This document shows, one piece after another, positions 52,401 to 61,260 of a stretch of 64,000 bases of DNA (position 1 is the stretch's first letter; each line of letters starts with the position of its first letter). The DNA is from Lytechinus pictus (lineage: Eukaryota): assembly GCF_037042905.1 (NCBI RefSeq), contig NC_087251.1, forward strand, positions 14,386,001-14,450,000. Reading direction: 5' to 3'. Made by a program: the position numbers and the translations under genes. The notes under the pieces are model-generated. The model was not told where the DNA came from. It saw only the letters and a list, made by a program, of their open reading frames with translations, and searched no databases.

Positions 52401-55400
52401 ATTGATGAAACACTCCCCAGGTACCAGGTATGTATTTGACCTTTGCTTTTTGTTTGGAAAAAATTTAAACAGTGAACTTCAACGTGGTCTCATCGACAAG
52501 CTGGATTAATGTACATGTATGTTTTGTCAAGCATGGGACACCTGATTTGATTTTTAGGATATTTGTCCAGAGTTGTGGACAAATTTTTAGTTTGTTCCAT
52601 TGGTGGCCTTGATTGACCTTTTTTCTTGCAATTGATGCATCATTCAGCCTCAGATTGTTTCTGAGCCCCTTAATATACACAGTAAATCTTGTGGCTTGGC
52701 CAGTGGAACTGTTGTATTCGGCACTTCTCTCTATTTCATCATAGCACTTGATGGATTTGGGATTTATTGGAGGAATTACATGACAACAAACACTATTTTG
52801 TTGTAATTGATGTATCACCCACCTTCTGCTTTGGCATCTGACTTATTTGCTGGTTGTTGAATCATAATATATTGTGATGGAGAAAATTAAACTAAAGATG
52901 TTGATACGGTCATGCTGGCATTGGCATTGGATCTTGATCAAACTTGATTATATTTCTGAAGAGAAAGGACAGTCCTTGGTATTTAGATTAAGGTGTACCT
53001 GTAAGGGACTTATAAAATGATTGATTGGGGAAAAAACACTAAGTTTTGATGGAAAAAATAATAATTTTGGAGATTAAAAATTACAATTTCCTCTTCCAAA
53101 CGTTGGTAGCTCTGTGCGATGGGATATTAATTCTAGAATACTGAATAAAGTATTTATTTTAGAGAATTACCAGAAAAGATCCAGGAAGCATGATCCATTA
53201 GTTTCTTGCTCCTGAGCTGTTTTGGAGTTACTGATTTTCTAGTTTTCTAGAACTTTTTCTCATTGCCATTGCAAAACAACCAAAAAAAATATCAAAATTA
53301 AACTTATAATGATAGTATAATGAAACAGTCTTAAAATTGTATAACATAGTATACTGTGATATGAAATTGATTGGCCCAAATATTCAAAATGGTGATTTTA
53401 AATATGTGGTTGAAAACCATGATTCATTCTTATTTCATGCATTGACTACACTTTATTGAGCAAGTCTATTGAAGAAAGGTTCAGAATGAATGCATGCTTT
53501 GTCACGGGGCTAAATTCATGCTTGTTTGTATGGTTTGAGTATTATAGTACCAAAGTTTTGAGTTTTGACTCAGCAATTGCACAAAATTTATAACAAATAA
53601 TGCACAATATCTGCTGAAAACAATTGTTTGAACCACTAATTAAAATACACCGTTGTGAATTCAGCCCATATCAGCTTTTTGTTTATAAGATGAAAGAGGG
53701 GGATTTGGTATGAAGCTACTAAAGCTATATGAGATTGATGGGAGGGGGCATGGAACACAATATGCATACAGTGACACACACAAACATTAACAATGTTTAC
53801 TATCTATGGTGATCTTTGTATTTATGAGATTTCCATCTGTAATTGCACATTTTCATTCTTTTTAATTTTAACCAACATATCTGCACTATAGATGTATTGT
53901 AATGTGCATGCCAGGAGACAATTATACTATTGTTAATAACAAATGCTCTTTCTACAATAAACCTGTGTAGTGTATCTAGGACTTTGGTCAAATTGAGCAC
54001 ATTTGCATCGCAGATGCAGTTTAGTTGTGTATTGTGTATGTTTATCTGTTTGTGTTAGTTGAATATAATTGCAAAGCACTCTCCACTTGCTTGTTCAGTG
54101 TATTACTTCTCTATTCATGATCTCAAAGAAGTAAAAGGACGCTTTCAACAATTAGTGAAATATGTTTAGTGTGCATGATCAGTCACATAATATCAGCAGT
54201 CTATAGTCCCAAGACCTTTTTCGATTGCACTCTTATTATTGATCTTATTACAGCAACAAATACAGTGGGTCCAAGAAAAAGGGAACCTTGTTTCAGAGAT
54301 AATGTCTCAAGCATCAAATATGCCTTGAATCAATAGCAAATAATAACAATGGTTTGATTCGAGACCAAGCCTTGTGAATTACAAATCTAAGTCAATTTGA
54401 ATTTGAAGCTTGAATTCACAAATGTTTCAATTTTTGCTGTTATTGATACATGTACAAATCAACTTGTTTTTATTGTCTCACCTGCATAGCAGAGTGAGAC
54501 TATAGGCGCCGCTTTTCCGACGGCGACGGCGGCGGCGGCGGCGACGGCGACGGCGGCGTCAACACCAAATCTTAACCTGAGGTTAAGTTTTTGAAATGAC
54601 AGCATAACTTAGAAAGTATATGGACCTAGTTCATGAAACTTGGCCATAAGGTTAATCAAGTATTACTGAACATCCTGCCTGAGTTTCATGTCACATGACC
54701 AAGGTCAAAGGTCATTTAGGGTCAATGAACTTAGACCATGTTGGGGGAATCAACATCAAAATCTTAACCTAAGGTTAAGTTTTTGAAATGTCATCATAAC
54801 TTAGAAAATATATGGACCTAGTTCATGAAACTTATACATGAGGTTAATCAAGTATCACTGAACATCCTGCATGAGTTTCACGTCACATGACCAAGGTCAA
54901 AGGTCATTTAGGGTCAATGAACTTTGGCCGAATTGGGGGTATCTGTTGAATTACCATCATAACTTTGAAAGTTTATGGATCTGATTCATGAAACTTGGAC
55001 ATAATAGTAATCAAGTATTACTGAACATCCTGTGCAAGTTTCAGGTCACATGATCAAGGTCAAAGGTCATTTAGGGTCAATGAACTTTGGCCAAATTGGG
55101 GTATTTGTTGAATTACAGCCATAAATTTGAAAGTGTGTTGGTCTAGTTCATAAAACTTGGACATAATAGTAATCAAGTATCACTGAACATCCTGTGCGAG
55201 TTTCAGGTCACATGATCAAGGTCAAAGGTCATGTAAGGTCAAAGAACTTTGGCCACGTTGGGGGTATTTGTTGAATTGCCATCATATCTCTATAAGTGTA
55301 TTGGTCTAGTTCATAAAACGTGGAAATAAGAGTAACCAAGTATCACTGAACATCTTGTGCGAGTTATAGTAGTTTTCAAAATCAGCACTGCTGCTATATT

Positions 55401-57088
55401 GAATCGCGTGATGCAGGTGAGACGGCCAGAGGCATTCCACTTGTTGTTGTTTTTTGTCATAATTTTCCAAATTAATTGAGACTTTGTCTCATATGACACT
55501 TCATGATATATACATATAATGGGTGTATAAAAACAAATCAGAACCTTCATAGAAAATTTGATTGGATGGTGATCAAACTTTACCACTTAATCATTATCAT
55601 TCAAATACTAAGTTTTACTTTCAAGTGGTGATTTGCTTTATTGTCACTAATATTTTCACATCAAGAGAAGGTTGAATTTTAATTCATATTGAATTGAGTC
55701 ATGGAGGATATGGTTGGACGTAGGGTAGGGCTGCAAGATATGACAATAATATTGAAATATTGTGACATGGACCCTTCAATGTTCATAAATTTTATTTCAG
55801 AGTGGAATGTTTGGTATTCAAATCTTGTATCAATGAAATTGATCTTTGGAAGTGGGATTACAGTAGCATTGTATTCTTCATTTTCCCAGCTGTATTCCGT
55901 ACTGTCCTTGTCTCCGGTAAACAGAGATCATTAATGACAAGGATGCATGATATGGGAGACATGAAAATCAACAACTTAAAACATTTCAGTGAAGAAATGT
56001 GACACATATTTTTTACTTCCAAGTTTCAATCTTATTAATTGAGGTTCAGAAATCAATGTTCAATACTTTTAATATAGTTATAGAGCCGTTATTGAGAAGT
56101 TGATTATTAGGTAATATTTTTTGTTTATCTCTTGTGTATAGCTGATCGAAGCAGGACTGGATTGGCAGAATGGGCAGACCGAGCCTCTGCAGTGGAAGCC
56201 CTGTGTGTGGCTAACCACCACAACATGGAAAATCCTGGTAAGTCCTTACTCAATCTCTTACTGAATATTGGCACTATTTAGAAGCCAAATTTGATGAAAA
56301 ATTGAAAAATGATACATAAACTCAATTGTCGATACCTAGAATGTCACATTTTAGACTTTTATTCTTCATATATTGAACCGTCAGGGTATAAAAAAGGAAT
56401 TCAATTACAGAAGACGTTTATCCCCTTCAAAACAACCTGTAATCTAACTTCATTGTAATCCTATTGGGGCACGTCATGAAAACAGTGATAGTGTGAATGA
56501 ATGTAATTCCCATTGGTTCAAGATGGTTCCATGACATTTGCTCTGGTGACAATTGCTCTGATGGGCACTCTGCACGTGAAACCAAACATAAAACCCAATT
56601 CTAATCTTTTCATTATTGAGAACCAAAAACTCTATTACAATCCTAACATTATTCCTATGACCTCAGAGATATTAAGACAAGAGCAAGTGTCGCAGGAGCA
56701 TATGTCGTGTCACCTCATGATATCTTTTATGTGCATAATAAATCGACCTATGTTAGAACTCTTTTGACTTTCAAAGGGTAACTTTTACTAATAAATATTG
56801 TCATTGCACTTACCAATATTTTTGGTCCTTCATATTTATAACAGAGATGCTTGAAAGAAGCAAACTTATATATCCAGTATCAAGTTTACGTAGGAAGTTC
56901 AACCCCCCCCCAAAAAAAAAAAAAAAAAATTATTCAGACCTTATAGGCTCCAAGCATAAATTCAAATTGAATATTTTTTTTGGAAGATTCAGGTTGTGTC
57001 TAAATATTTTCCTTTTTTCTTCAATACAGGTGGCAAATGGCCTTACATTTTCAAGCTCTGCTTCTCCAACAGTCCACATGCCCAGTAA
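25324..57088 (+). CDS. HNRNPL: Heterogeneous nuclear ribonucleoprotein L (hnRNP L/LL/Smooth family), 16 coding exons, 535 aa
   Basis: Manual splice join: 25324-25410, 36035-36153, 36855-36939, 37261-37343, 37761-37830, 38154-38239, 39046-39142, 39542-39611, 44326-44427, 45004-45272, 45621-45742, 47272-47402, 49067-49140, 49628-49685, 56142-56237, 57030-57088 = 1608 nt, open frame. Peptides match hnRNP L hallmarks: IVIFRKNGTQAMVEFD, DIYAGCCTLKIDYA, NCDKLFNLLCLYGNV.KIKFMKSKPG, SRNNRF, KNRIQQPSKVLHFFNA, PYIFKLCFS. Confidence 0.95.
30039..30880 (-). mobile_element. Probable 3' end of a poly(A)-tailed non-LTR retroelement
   Basis: T-run at ~30039-30055 with AATAAA on the minus strand, CT-rich 3' UTR and short coding-like remnant (30527-30850). 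Confidence 0.4.
30880..31770 (+). mobile_element. 5'-truncated LINE, RTE-X-like (ORF2 C-terminus to 31668, (CAAGA)n tail)
   Basis: LQDDLSKLEEWQNKWAMSFNPAKC...YLGV...LVRPILEYASPAWDP...FFPRTTKDWN; microsatellite tail at ~31744-31768. Confidence 0.88.
31810..33385 (-). mobile_element. Degenerate R2-superfamily (Hero-like) retrotransposon fragment: CCHC knuckle plus restriction-like endonuclease, interrupted by a Helentron-like element
   Basis: LPTPENLKMWG..CSLC....LVHILNSC...RFTYRHNSIL, then PDLV..ELTVPFE...RKLERY; stop and frameshift at ~31980-32030; frame resumes at 33320-33385 (DTKVKHAVMSKVNRESKW). Confidence 0.8.
32535..33318 (+). mobile_element. Helentron-associated non-autonomous element (HINE/DINE-1-like), copy 1
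   Basis: 5' hairpin GTCTCACCTGC..GCAG.GTGAGAC; (GGC)n; ~165-190-bp internal repeats; 3' subterminal inverted repeat ATGCAGGTGAGAC; inserted in a T-run with no TSD. Confidence 0.72.
33503..35352. mobile_element. hAT-like non-autonomous element containing a GA-rich tract
   Basis: GGCTCCACACTA.../...TAGTGTCGAGCCCTG ends; subterminal TACTGG(T/C)CC repeats. Confidence 0.55.
33680..34630 (+). repeat. GA-rich low-complexity (GAAA/GGAA) tract with a 60-bp direct duplication
   Basis: Directly visible; source of the spurious F/S/L-rich ORFs. Confidence 0.9.
36035..36153 (+). CDS. HNRNPL: hnRNP L exon 2, RRM1 start (DLFEEQHKNLPSCVIHVSNLSENVSDVDVVEAMQHFGNIS)
   Basis: CAG acceptor, AG|GTATTG donor, RRM1 similarity. 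Confidence 0.92.
36855..36939 (+). CDS. HNRNPL: hnRNP L exon 3 (FVHRIAKGVALVEFEDIKSAKSCVEFTL)
   Basis: ALVEFED motif; CAG acceptor and GTGAGT donor. Confidence 0.93.
37261..37343 (+). CDS. HNRNPL: hnRNP L exon 4 (AHSTNVINVGGKAATVDYSNSARIIRPG)
   Basis: TAG acceptor and GTGAGT donor; end of RRM1. Confidence 0.9.
37761..37830 (+). CDS. HNRNPL: hnRNP L exon 5 (ENDSEANNVLLMTIVRPKFNIST)
   Basis: CAG acceptor and GTAAGT donor; RRM2 start. Confidence 0.92.
38154..38239 (+). CDS. HNRNPL: hnRNP L exon 6 (DVIHTICKKYGNVLRIVIFRKNGTQAMVE)
   Basis: CAG acceptor; followed by U12 donor ATATCCTTT. Confidence 0.95.
38240..39045 (+). other. U12-type (minor spliceosome) AT-AC intron 6
   Basis: 5' ATATCCTTT; branch point TCCTTAAT at 39027-39034; ends CAC; splicing restores GA|G TTT GAC = VEFD. 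Confidence 0.93.
39046..39142 (+). CDS. HNRNPL: hnRNP L exon 7 (FDNIQSATQAKQNLHNCDIYAGCCTLKIDYAR)
   Basis: AC acceptor after U12 branch point; GTATGT donor. Confidence 0.95.
39542..39611 (+). CDS. HNRNPL: hnRNP L exon 8 (PKTLTVYKNDGETFDYTKPGLNA)
   Basis: CAG acceptor and GTAAGC donor; similar to vertebrate PTRLNVFKNDQDTWDYT. Confidence 0.93.
41178..41823. mobile_element. piggyBac-like MITE
   Basis: TTAA|CCCTTATTTAACT...AGTTAAATTAGGG|TTAA. Confidence 0.75.
44326..44427 (+). CDS. HNRNPL: hnRNP L exon 9, linker (AQGRALLEDPPEPAYNGPTQMRRDGGGPQYGDY)
   Basis: CAG acceptor and GTATGC donor; phase 1/1 consistent. Confidence 0.87.
45004..45272 (+). CDS. HNRNPL: hnRNP L exon 10, G/P/Y-rich linker and RRM3 start
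   Basis: ORF 45006-45329 peptide PVIMVYNMNPNQMNCDKLFNLLCLYGNVMK; AAG acceptor and GTGAGA donor. Confidence 0.93.
45621..45742 (+). CDS. HNRNPL: hnRNP L exon 11 (IKFMKSKPGCAMAEMSDALSVERAITNLSNIEFFGSAVQLS)
   Basis: CAG acceptor and GTAAGT donor; RRM3. Confidence 0.95.
45854..46770. mobile_element. Non-autonomous element with a ~157-bp palindrome plus TTATAGAATGGA/TCCATTCTATAA inverted repeats (possibly Crypton-like)
   Basis: 45854-46010 folds on itself; inverted repeat at ~46017-46028 and ~46756-46767; TTACTGGACGCATGA repeats. Confidence 0.5.
47272..47402 (+). CDS. HNRNPL: hnRNP L exon 12 (FSKQSSVALSQVPGELHDGTPSCVDYTKSRNNRFRNKEAASKN)
   Basis: CAG acceptor; followed by U12 donor ATATCCTTT. 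Confidence 0.95.
47403..49066 (+). other. U12-type (minor spliceosome) AT-AC intron 12
   Basis: 5' ATATCCTTT; branch point TTCCTTGAC at 49047-49055; ends TAC; splicing restores AAC C|GT ATT = NRI. Confidence 0.93.
47600..48608 (+). mobile_element. Probable LINE 3' UTR remnant with (TCTA)n tail inside U12 intron 12
   Basis: ACAATTCGGCTTTGCCGCC...AATAAACC(ATCT)n end; 5' boundary uncertain. Confidence 0.45.
49067..49140 (+). CDS. HNRNPL: hnRNP L exon 13 (RIQQPSKVLHFFNAHPESTPQTIKQ)
   Basis: AC acceptor after TTCCTTGAC branch point; CAG|GTTTGT donor; RRM4 start. Confidence 0.94.
49628..49685 (+). CDS. HNRNPL: hnRNP L exon 14 (VFINAGANEPIAVKMFDQK)
   Basis: TAG acceptor and GTAAGT donor; phase consistent. 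Confidence 0.88.
50876..51862. mobile_element. Tc1/mariner-pogo (Tigger-like) MITE
   Basis: TA|CCGTATTTTTCGG..TATAA...TTATACACCGGAAAATACGG|TA; TA TSD; internal ~250-bp duplication. Confidence 0.82.
52261..52417. mobile_element. Small Harbinger-like MITE
   Basis: CTG|GGGGGTGTTTCAT...ATGAAACACTCCC|CAG. Confidence 0.65.
54475..55445 (+). mobile_element. Helentron-associated non-autonomous element, copy 2 (one extra internal unit)
   Basis: Near-identical to 32535-33318. Confidence 0.75.
56142..56237 (+). CDS. HNRNPL: hnRNP L exon 15 (SDRSRTGLAEWADRASAVEALCVANHHNMENP)
   Basis: TAG acceptor and GTAAGT donor; RRM4 GL.EW motif. Confidence 0.93.
57030..57088 (+). CDS. HNRNPL: hnRNP L last coding exon (GGKWPYIFKLCFSNSPHAQ*)
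   Basis: CAG acceptor with pyrimidine tract; KLCFS C-terminus; TAA at 57086-57088. Confidence 0.94.
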
Positions 57089-59210
57089 ATGCCATCATTG
57101 GGTTCTCCTCAGCGATCTTGTATAAGACTGGAAAAAGGATGAAAAAAAAATCTCTTATAAAAGATGTGTAGATTCAGTACCATTTCAGTGATTTTCATTC
57201 CATGCACTATCATCTTACAGACAAAAGTTTTGTAAAATAGGGGTAAACTCTTAACAAAAATTCTGATCACAATAATTATAACTTATTTGGACTGTTGTAT
57301 TTTACGTAATGCATGTCCATACTTCAGTTGCTTCACATTTATTGATCGAAGCATTTTATATTGTATACATGTAGGGAATGTTTTGTTTCTAATGCACCTT
57401 TTTAAATGTAGTATTCAGTTAACATAAATTTGTTTTGTGTCTGTCATCTTTTAGGGAGGAGTGTATCATAATTTTTCCCAGTTTCTAATCAAGGATAGGA
57501 CCACTTACCAGAGATTCCTAAAGCATAGATGCGTAATGCATTGTTTTGTCACAAAATTACACATTAGAATGTCAATGTAAAAGTCATTATTGTTTGTATC
57601 AATCATTTCAACAATTTCTTGTTCTTACTCTGTGCTTTTCTTCTTGTGGAAATAATGAATGTAAATAAATAAGATGAGCTGCCGAACAAAGCCATTTATA
57701 CCTATCATGACAAGTGTTTTGTTTTCAGTGTTGAAATGTACTCAATTTATTTTGCACAGTTTCACCACATCATGATGATCAATATATATGTTTGTCCTCT
57801 CATGCTCAATTACTCCTGTATACATATTAGCATTGATCTCTAATAAAACCCAGTTGTGAATTATGAGGGTAAGGCATTCAACCATCTTGTATTACACACA
57901 CATGCATCTGTGTTACCAAAGAATTGTAAAAGCACTCTTACAAATTGATGTACAAATATACAAGAATGTGTGAAAAATGTAGTTTTTGCTGGTATGAGCA
58001 CTTGAGGCACTCAATGTGTTTAGGATGGTAAGACCAATCTGAGTACAGCGTAGCACAATCTTTATCCCTGTATTCTGAACCTGGGTAAACTTTAACCATG
58101 GTCTTAAGATAACTATGTGTAGCCAAATGTGGCATTAATCTCTATCCTTATTTATCATCACATATGGCATTCAAAACATTAATAAATGTGTTGAAATGAT
58201 ACATGCAATAGTTTTCTTCACCAATAATAAGAGGGAAGGATCCCAGAAGAATACAAGAAGCATTATAGTCTAAACATATTTTTTTGACACTTCAAGCTTC
58301 CCGTAATTTTTGCCCAGACTTAACCTTGGGTTTATTGTTCAAAATATGGGCCTTTGCATTTTGTACAAATATGTCTCGTGTTATGGAAATAAAAATTACA
58401 TGTAAAAGTACCTGAATCTGATGTAAATCTTTGCCTGTGGTCACTTGTGTAAAGACCAATGTAAAGTAATCTTTCGGAAAAGCAAGAGTAAGTGTAACAT
58501 TGAATGGATGTTACACATCCTATTTTAAATGTTAATTTGCATGAGATGGATACTGGTTTGTTTTACTGACAAACATTGTAAAAACATATGCTTTAGCATG
58601 ACCAAAGAATACTGTCATTCTGGAGTATAATGTAGGTGTCCATGGCAGAAAAAGGGATTAGTACTTAGTATCCTTGTACATATTTCAGGCTGAATTATGG
58701 AAACTGGCAATTCAATAATCAAAAACTTTTGTTTCAAGATCTACACCTTTGCGTATCACATTTTGTTTTGAAAGACCAGTTGACATGCCTAAATAAATTT
58801 GAATTAAGTCATAATTGAACTGAAATGTTTTTCGCAATGAAAATGAAGTGTCTAATTTTCTTAATCCGGGGTTTAAACTTTCGGTGTTAAAATGTTTTGC
58901 ACAAATGTGGGTTTTACGCAACCCTCACAGCTTAATTGAACCGCCTTAGACTTGTATCTAACTCCAAACACCTGTGATTTTGATCTCTATAAATTTAATT
59001 ATTGGAGAAATGCAACTACTGTTACTGTGTCTAGCTTTACTCTACATTCTTTTTGGATAACATTTGCAGATTTGGTGAAATTAAATCTTTACATACTCAC
59101 CTCATTGAAAAATTATTTATTTCATGGTTGCTTGTTCTGTCTTGTGTAATGTTTAAACACCCTTTTTAAAATATGAACTATACCTTTGCTCCTTATTGCA
59201 TTTAATAAAT
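57089..59210 (+). other. Probable 3' UTR of hnRNP L with several AATAAA signals (~57664, 57842, 58181, 59203)
   Basis: Repeat-poor AT/GT-rich sequence after the stop codon; the true 3' end cannot be determined from sequence. Confidence 0.45.
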
Positions 59211-59368
59211 TTGTTTCTTTAAAATGACAAATTTTCTGCATTTTGTGCATTTTATCTATATTTACTTCCAATTTGTTTGAAAAGCATGTGAATGAAAATT
59301 ATGCTAATGTGAGTCATGTCATATGCCCAGGACAGTGCAAAAAAAAAATCACATAAACATTTTATTAG

Positions 59369-59531
59369 TCTCAAGTTTGGTATGATATTGGGTTACAATG
59401 AATCTCTTGTGTTTTGTAACTGTCAAGAGCCAAAAAGTTTTGAGAAAGAAAGAAAGAATCTCTCAAGTTTGGTGTGATATTGGGTTACAATGAATTTCTT
59501 GTGTTTTGTAACTGTCAAGAGCCGAAAAGTT
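59369..59531 (+). repeat. Direct duplication of ~70 bp (period 92)
   Basis: TCTCAAGTTTGGT.TGATATTGGGTTACAATGAAT...GTCAAGAGCC occurs twice. Confidence 0.8.
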
Positions 59532-59769
59532 ATTGATAAGATCTGTCTCAACTATGGCGATCTATCAAAGTCATAATTCTTCAATCTTTCGGAAACGTAC
59601 AGAATGTCCTTTCAGGGCACAAAGGGGAGCAACAAGACAATGATGAATGCAGTTATACATTCATTCTGTTAAGAAAAATGCTTTGAATGAATATATATAT
59701 ATATATGCATTCTAGATGTTGGTTACTCTGGGCAGAATATGATATCTAAAATTAAATAGAGCTAAATGC

Positions 59770-60172
59770 TGAAAATGTCATCAAAAACAACATTGGAATC
59801 TTAACAAAGATTAAGTTTTTTAAATTAAAAGGCTAATGAACTTTGACCATTATAATATCAATACTGAAAACTTAACCAAGGTTGTTTTTTAAACGTTATA
59901 ACTTTGAAAGCAAAAAGATTTGGACATAAGGGCTATAAATAAAAGTGTCACTACTGATCAGTATGTTAACATATAATATACAGATCATGTGTGCACGAGT
60001 TTTAGGTCACATAATCACGGTCAAAGGTAATTTTAGCGTCAATTAACTTTGGTGATTTATAGTGTTTTATCATATGAATGGCGTTTTGGGTGAATTATCT
60101 TATTTTTCAAAATCAGAGATCCTTCTGCTGTATCGCTTAATGCAGGCGAGCGCCAGAGGCGTTCGTCTTGTT
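59770..60172 (+). mobile_element. Old degenerate copy of the Helentron-like family
   Basis: GGTCAAAGGT core and 3' end ATGCAGGCGAG..CCAGAGGCGTTC..CTTGTT. Confidence 0.5.
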
Positions 60173-61260
60173 TCTCAGGCCGATAAATACAGGTACATGA
60201 AATTTCCTAAAAGCTCAGCTAATGCTTTTATGATCTATTAAGTCCTGAAATGCCTACCTATGAACCGATGTTGTATAACAACACTTATTCTAGATCTACT
60301 AACACCAACCAAACGAAAACAGCTTTTAAATCTTCGACCAACAAATAAGTGGGGGGGGGGGGGCTCTGATGATCCTCCCCCTTCCAAATTAGACACTGTT
60401 GGATCTGTCCATGTAAATGGCGCAATATTTGCATTGATAACGGCCCCAACAAAATTAATGCTTTATAGTAATGATACTTATATAAATAATAAAAGAAATA
60501 AAATGAGAGCAATATAATGATATGAGTGTGAAGGACATCCATTAAAGAATACTATTGGCGATTGGTTTTTATTTTGTGCCCCCCCCCCCCCATTTTTTGC
60601 TCATGAGAGTTCATAGTTGGGAATGCATAATTGAACCGTAATCAATTACATGATGTATATATGGGAAGCGATGGTTCTGTAGGAATGATCAATGGGGAAG
60701 GGGCGAAGGGCCCTACCTTTTTAATCAAATAATTTGCTGACACTTCCCTCCCTCCGCGATCATCAAGCATGGCTGGCGGTGTCACTGCAGAATATGAATG
60801 AGATATGGAGCTCTTATTTTTAGCTGGATCATGCTTAACAAGTTGAAAATAATTCTGCTAATTCTAGGAAATAACCTTTTAAAAAATCCCCGACTGATAA
60901 ACATTATTGAAGAAACTTGAAAGCGAGGGAGCCGAGCAACCGAGCTTGTTATGGGGCAGTCCAAAGGCTTCAGTCTTTGAACTTTGGTTGTTTAGCTGTA
61001 TTATATACGTTGGCTCCACTCCACAAATTGGTGAATGTATGTGATAGTGAAATGTCAGATATTGTTAAATTAATCCCAAGAAGCGACGGTTATTCCAGGA
61101 AGTTGGAAGTAGTAGTCATGGGGGTACTTTTGCATCTTCTAAAGTGAAATTGGAGGTTCCGCGCACACTTTAAGGTGCATTTTGTGAGTTTTCAAAATTT
61201 CTAGTAGGTGCGCACTGCCCCACTCGCGTTGCATGACACTACAAATTGGTAGCAATTACG

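Noticed and set aside
51925..53114. hAT-like element CAGAGCTGCCAAC...GTTGGTAGCTCTG
   Set aside because: TIR-like ends are present but there is no matching 8-bp TSD; too uncertain to list as a feature.
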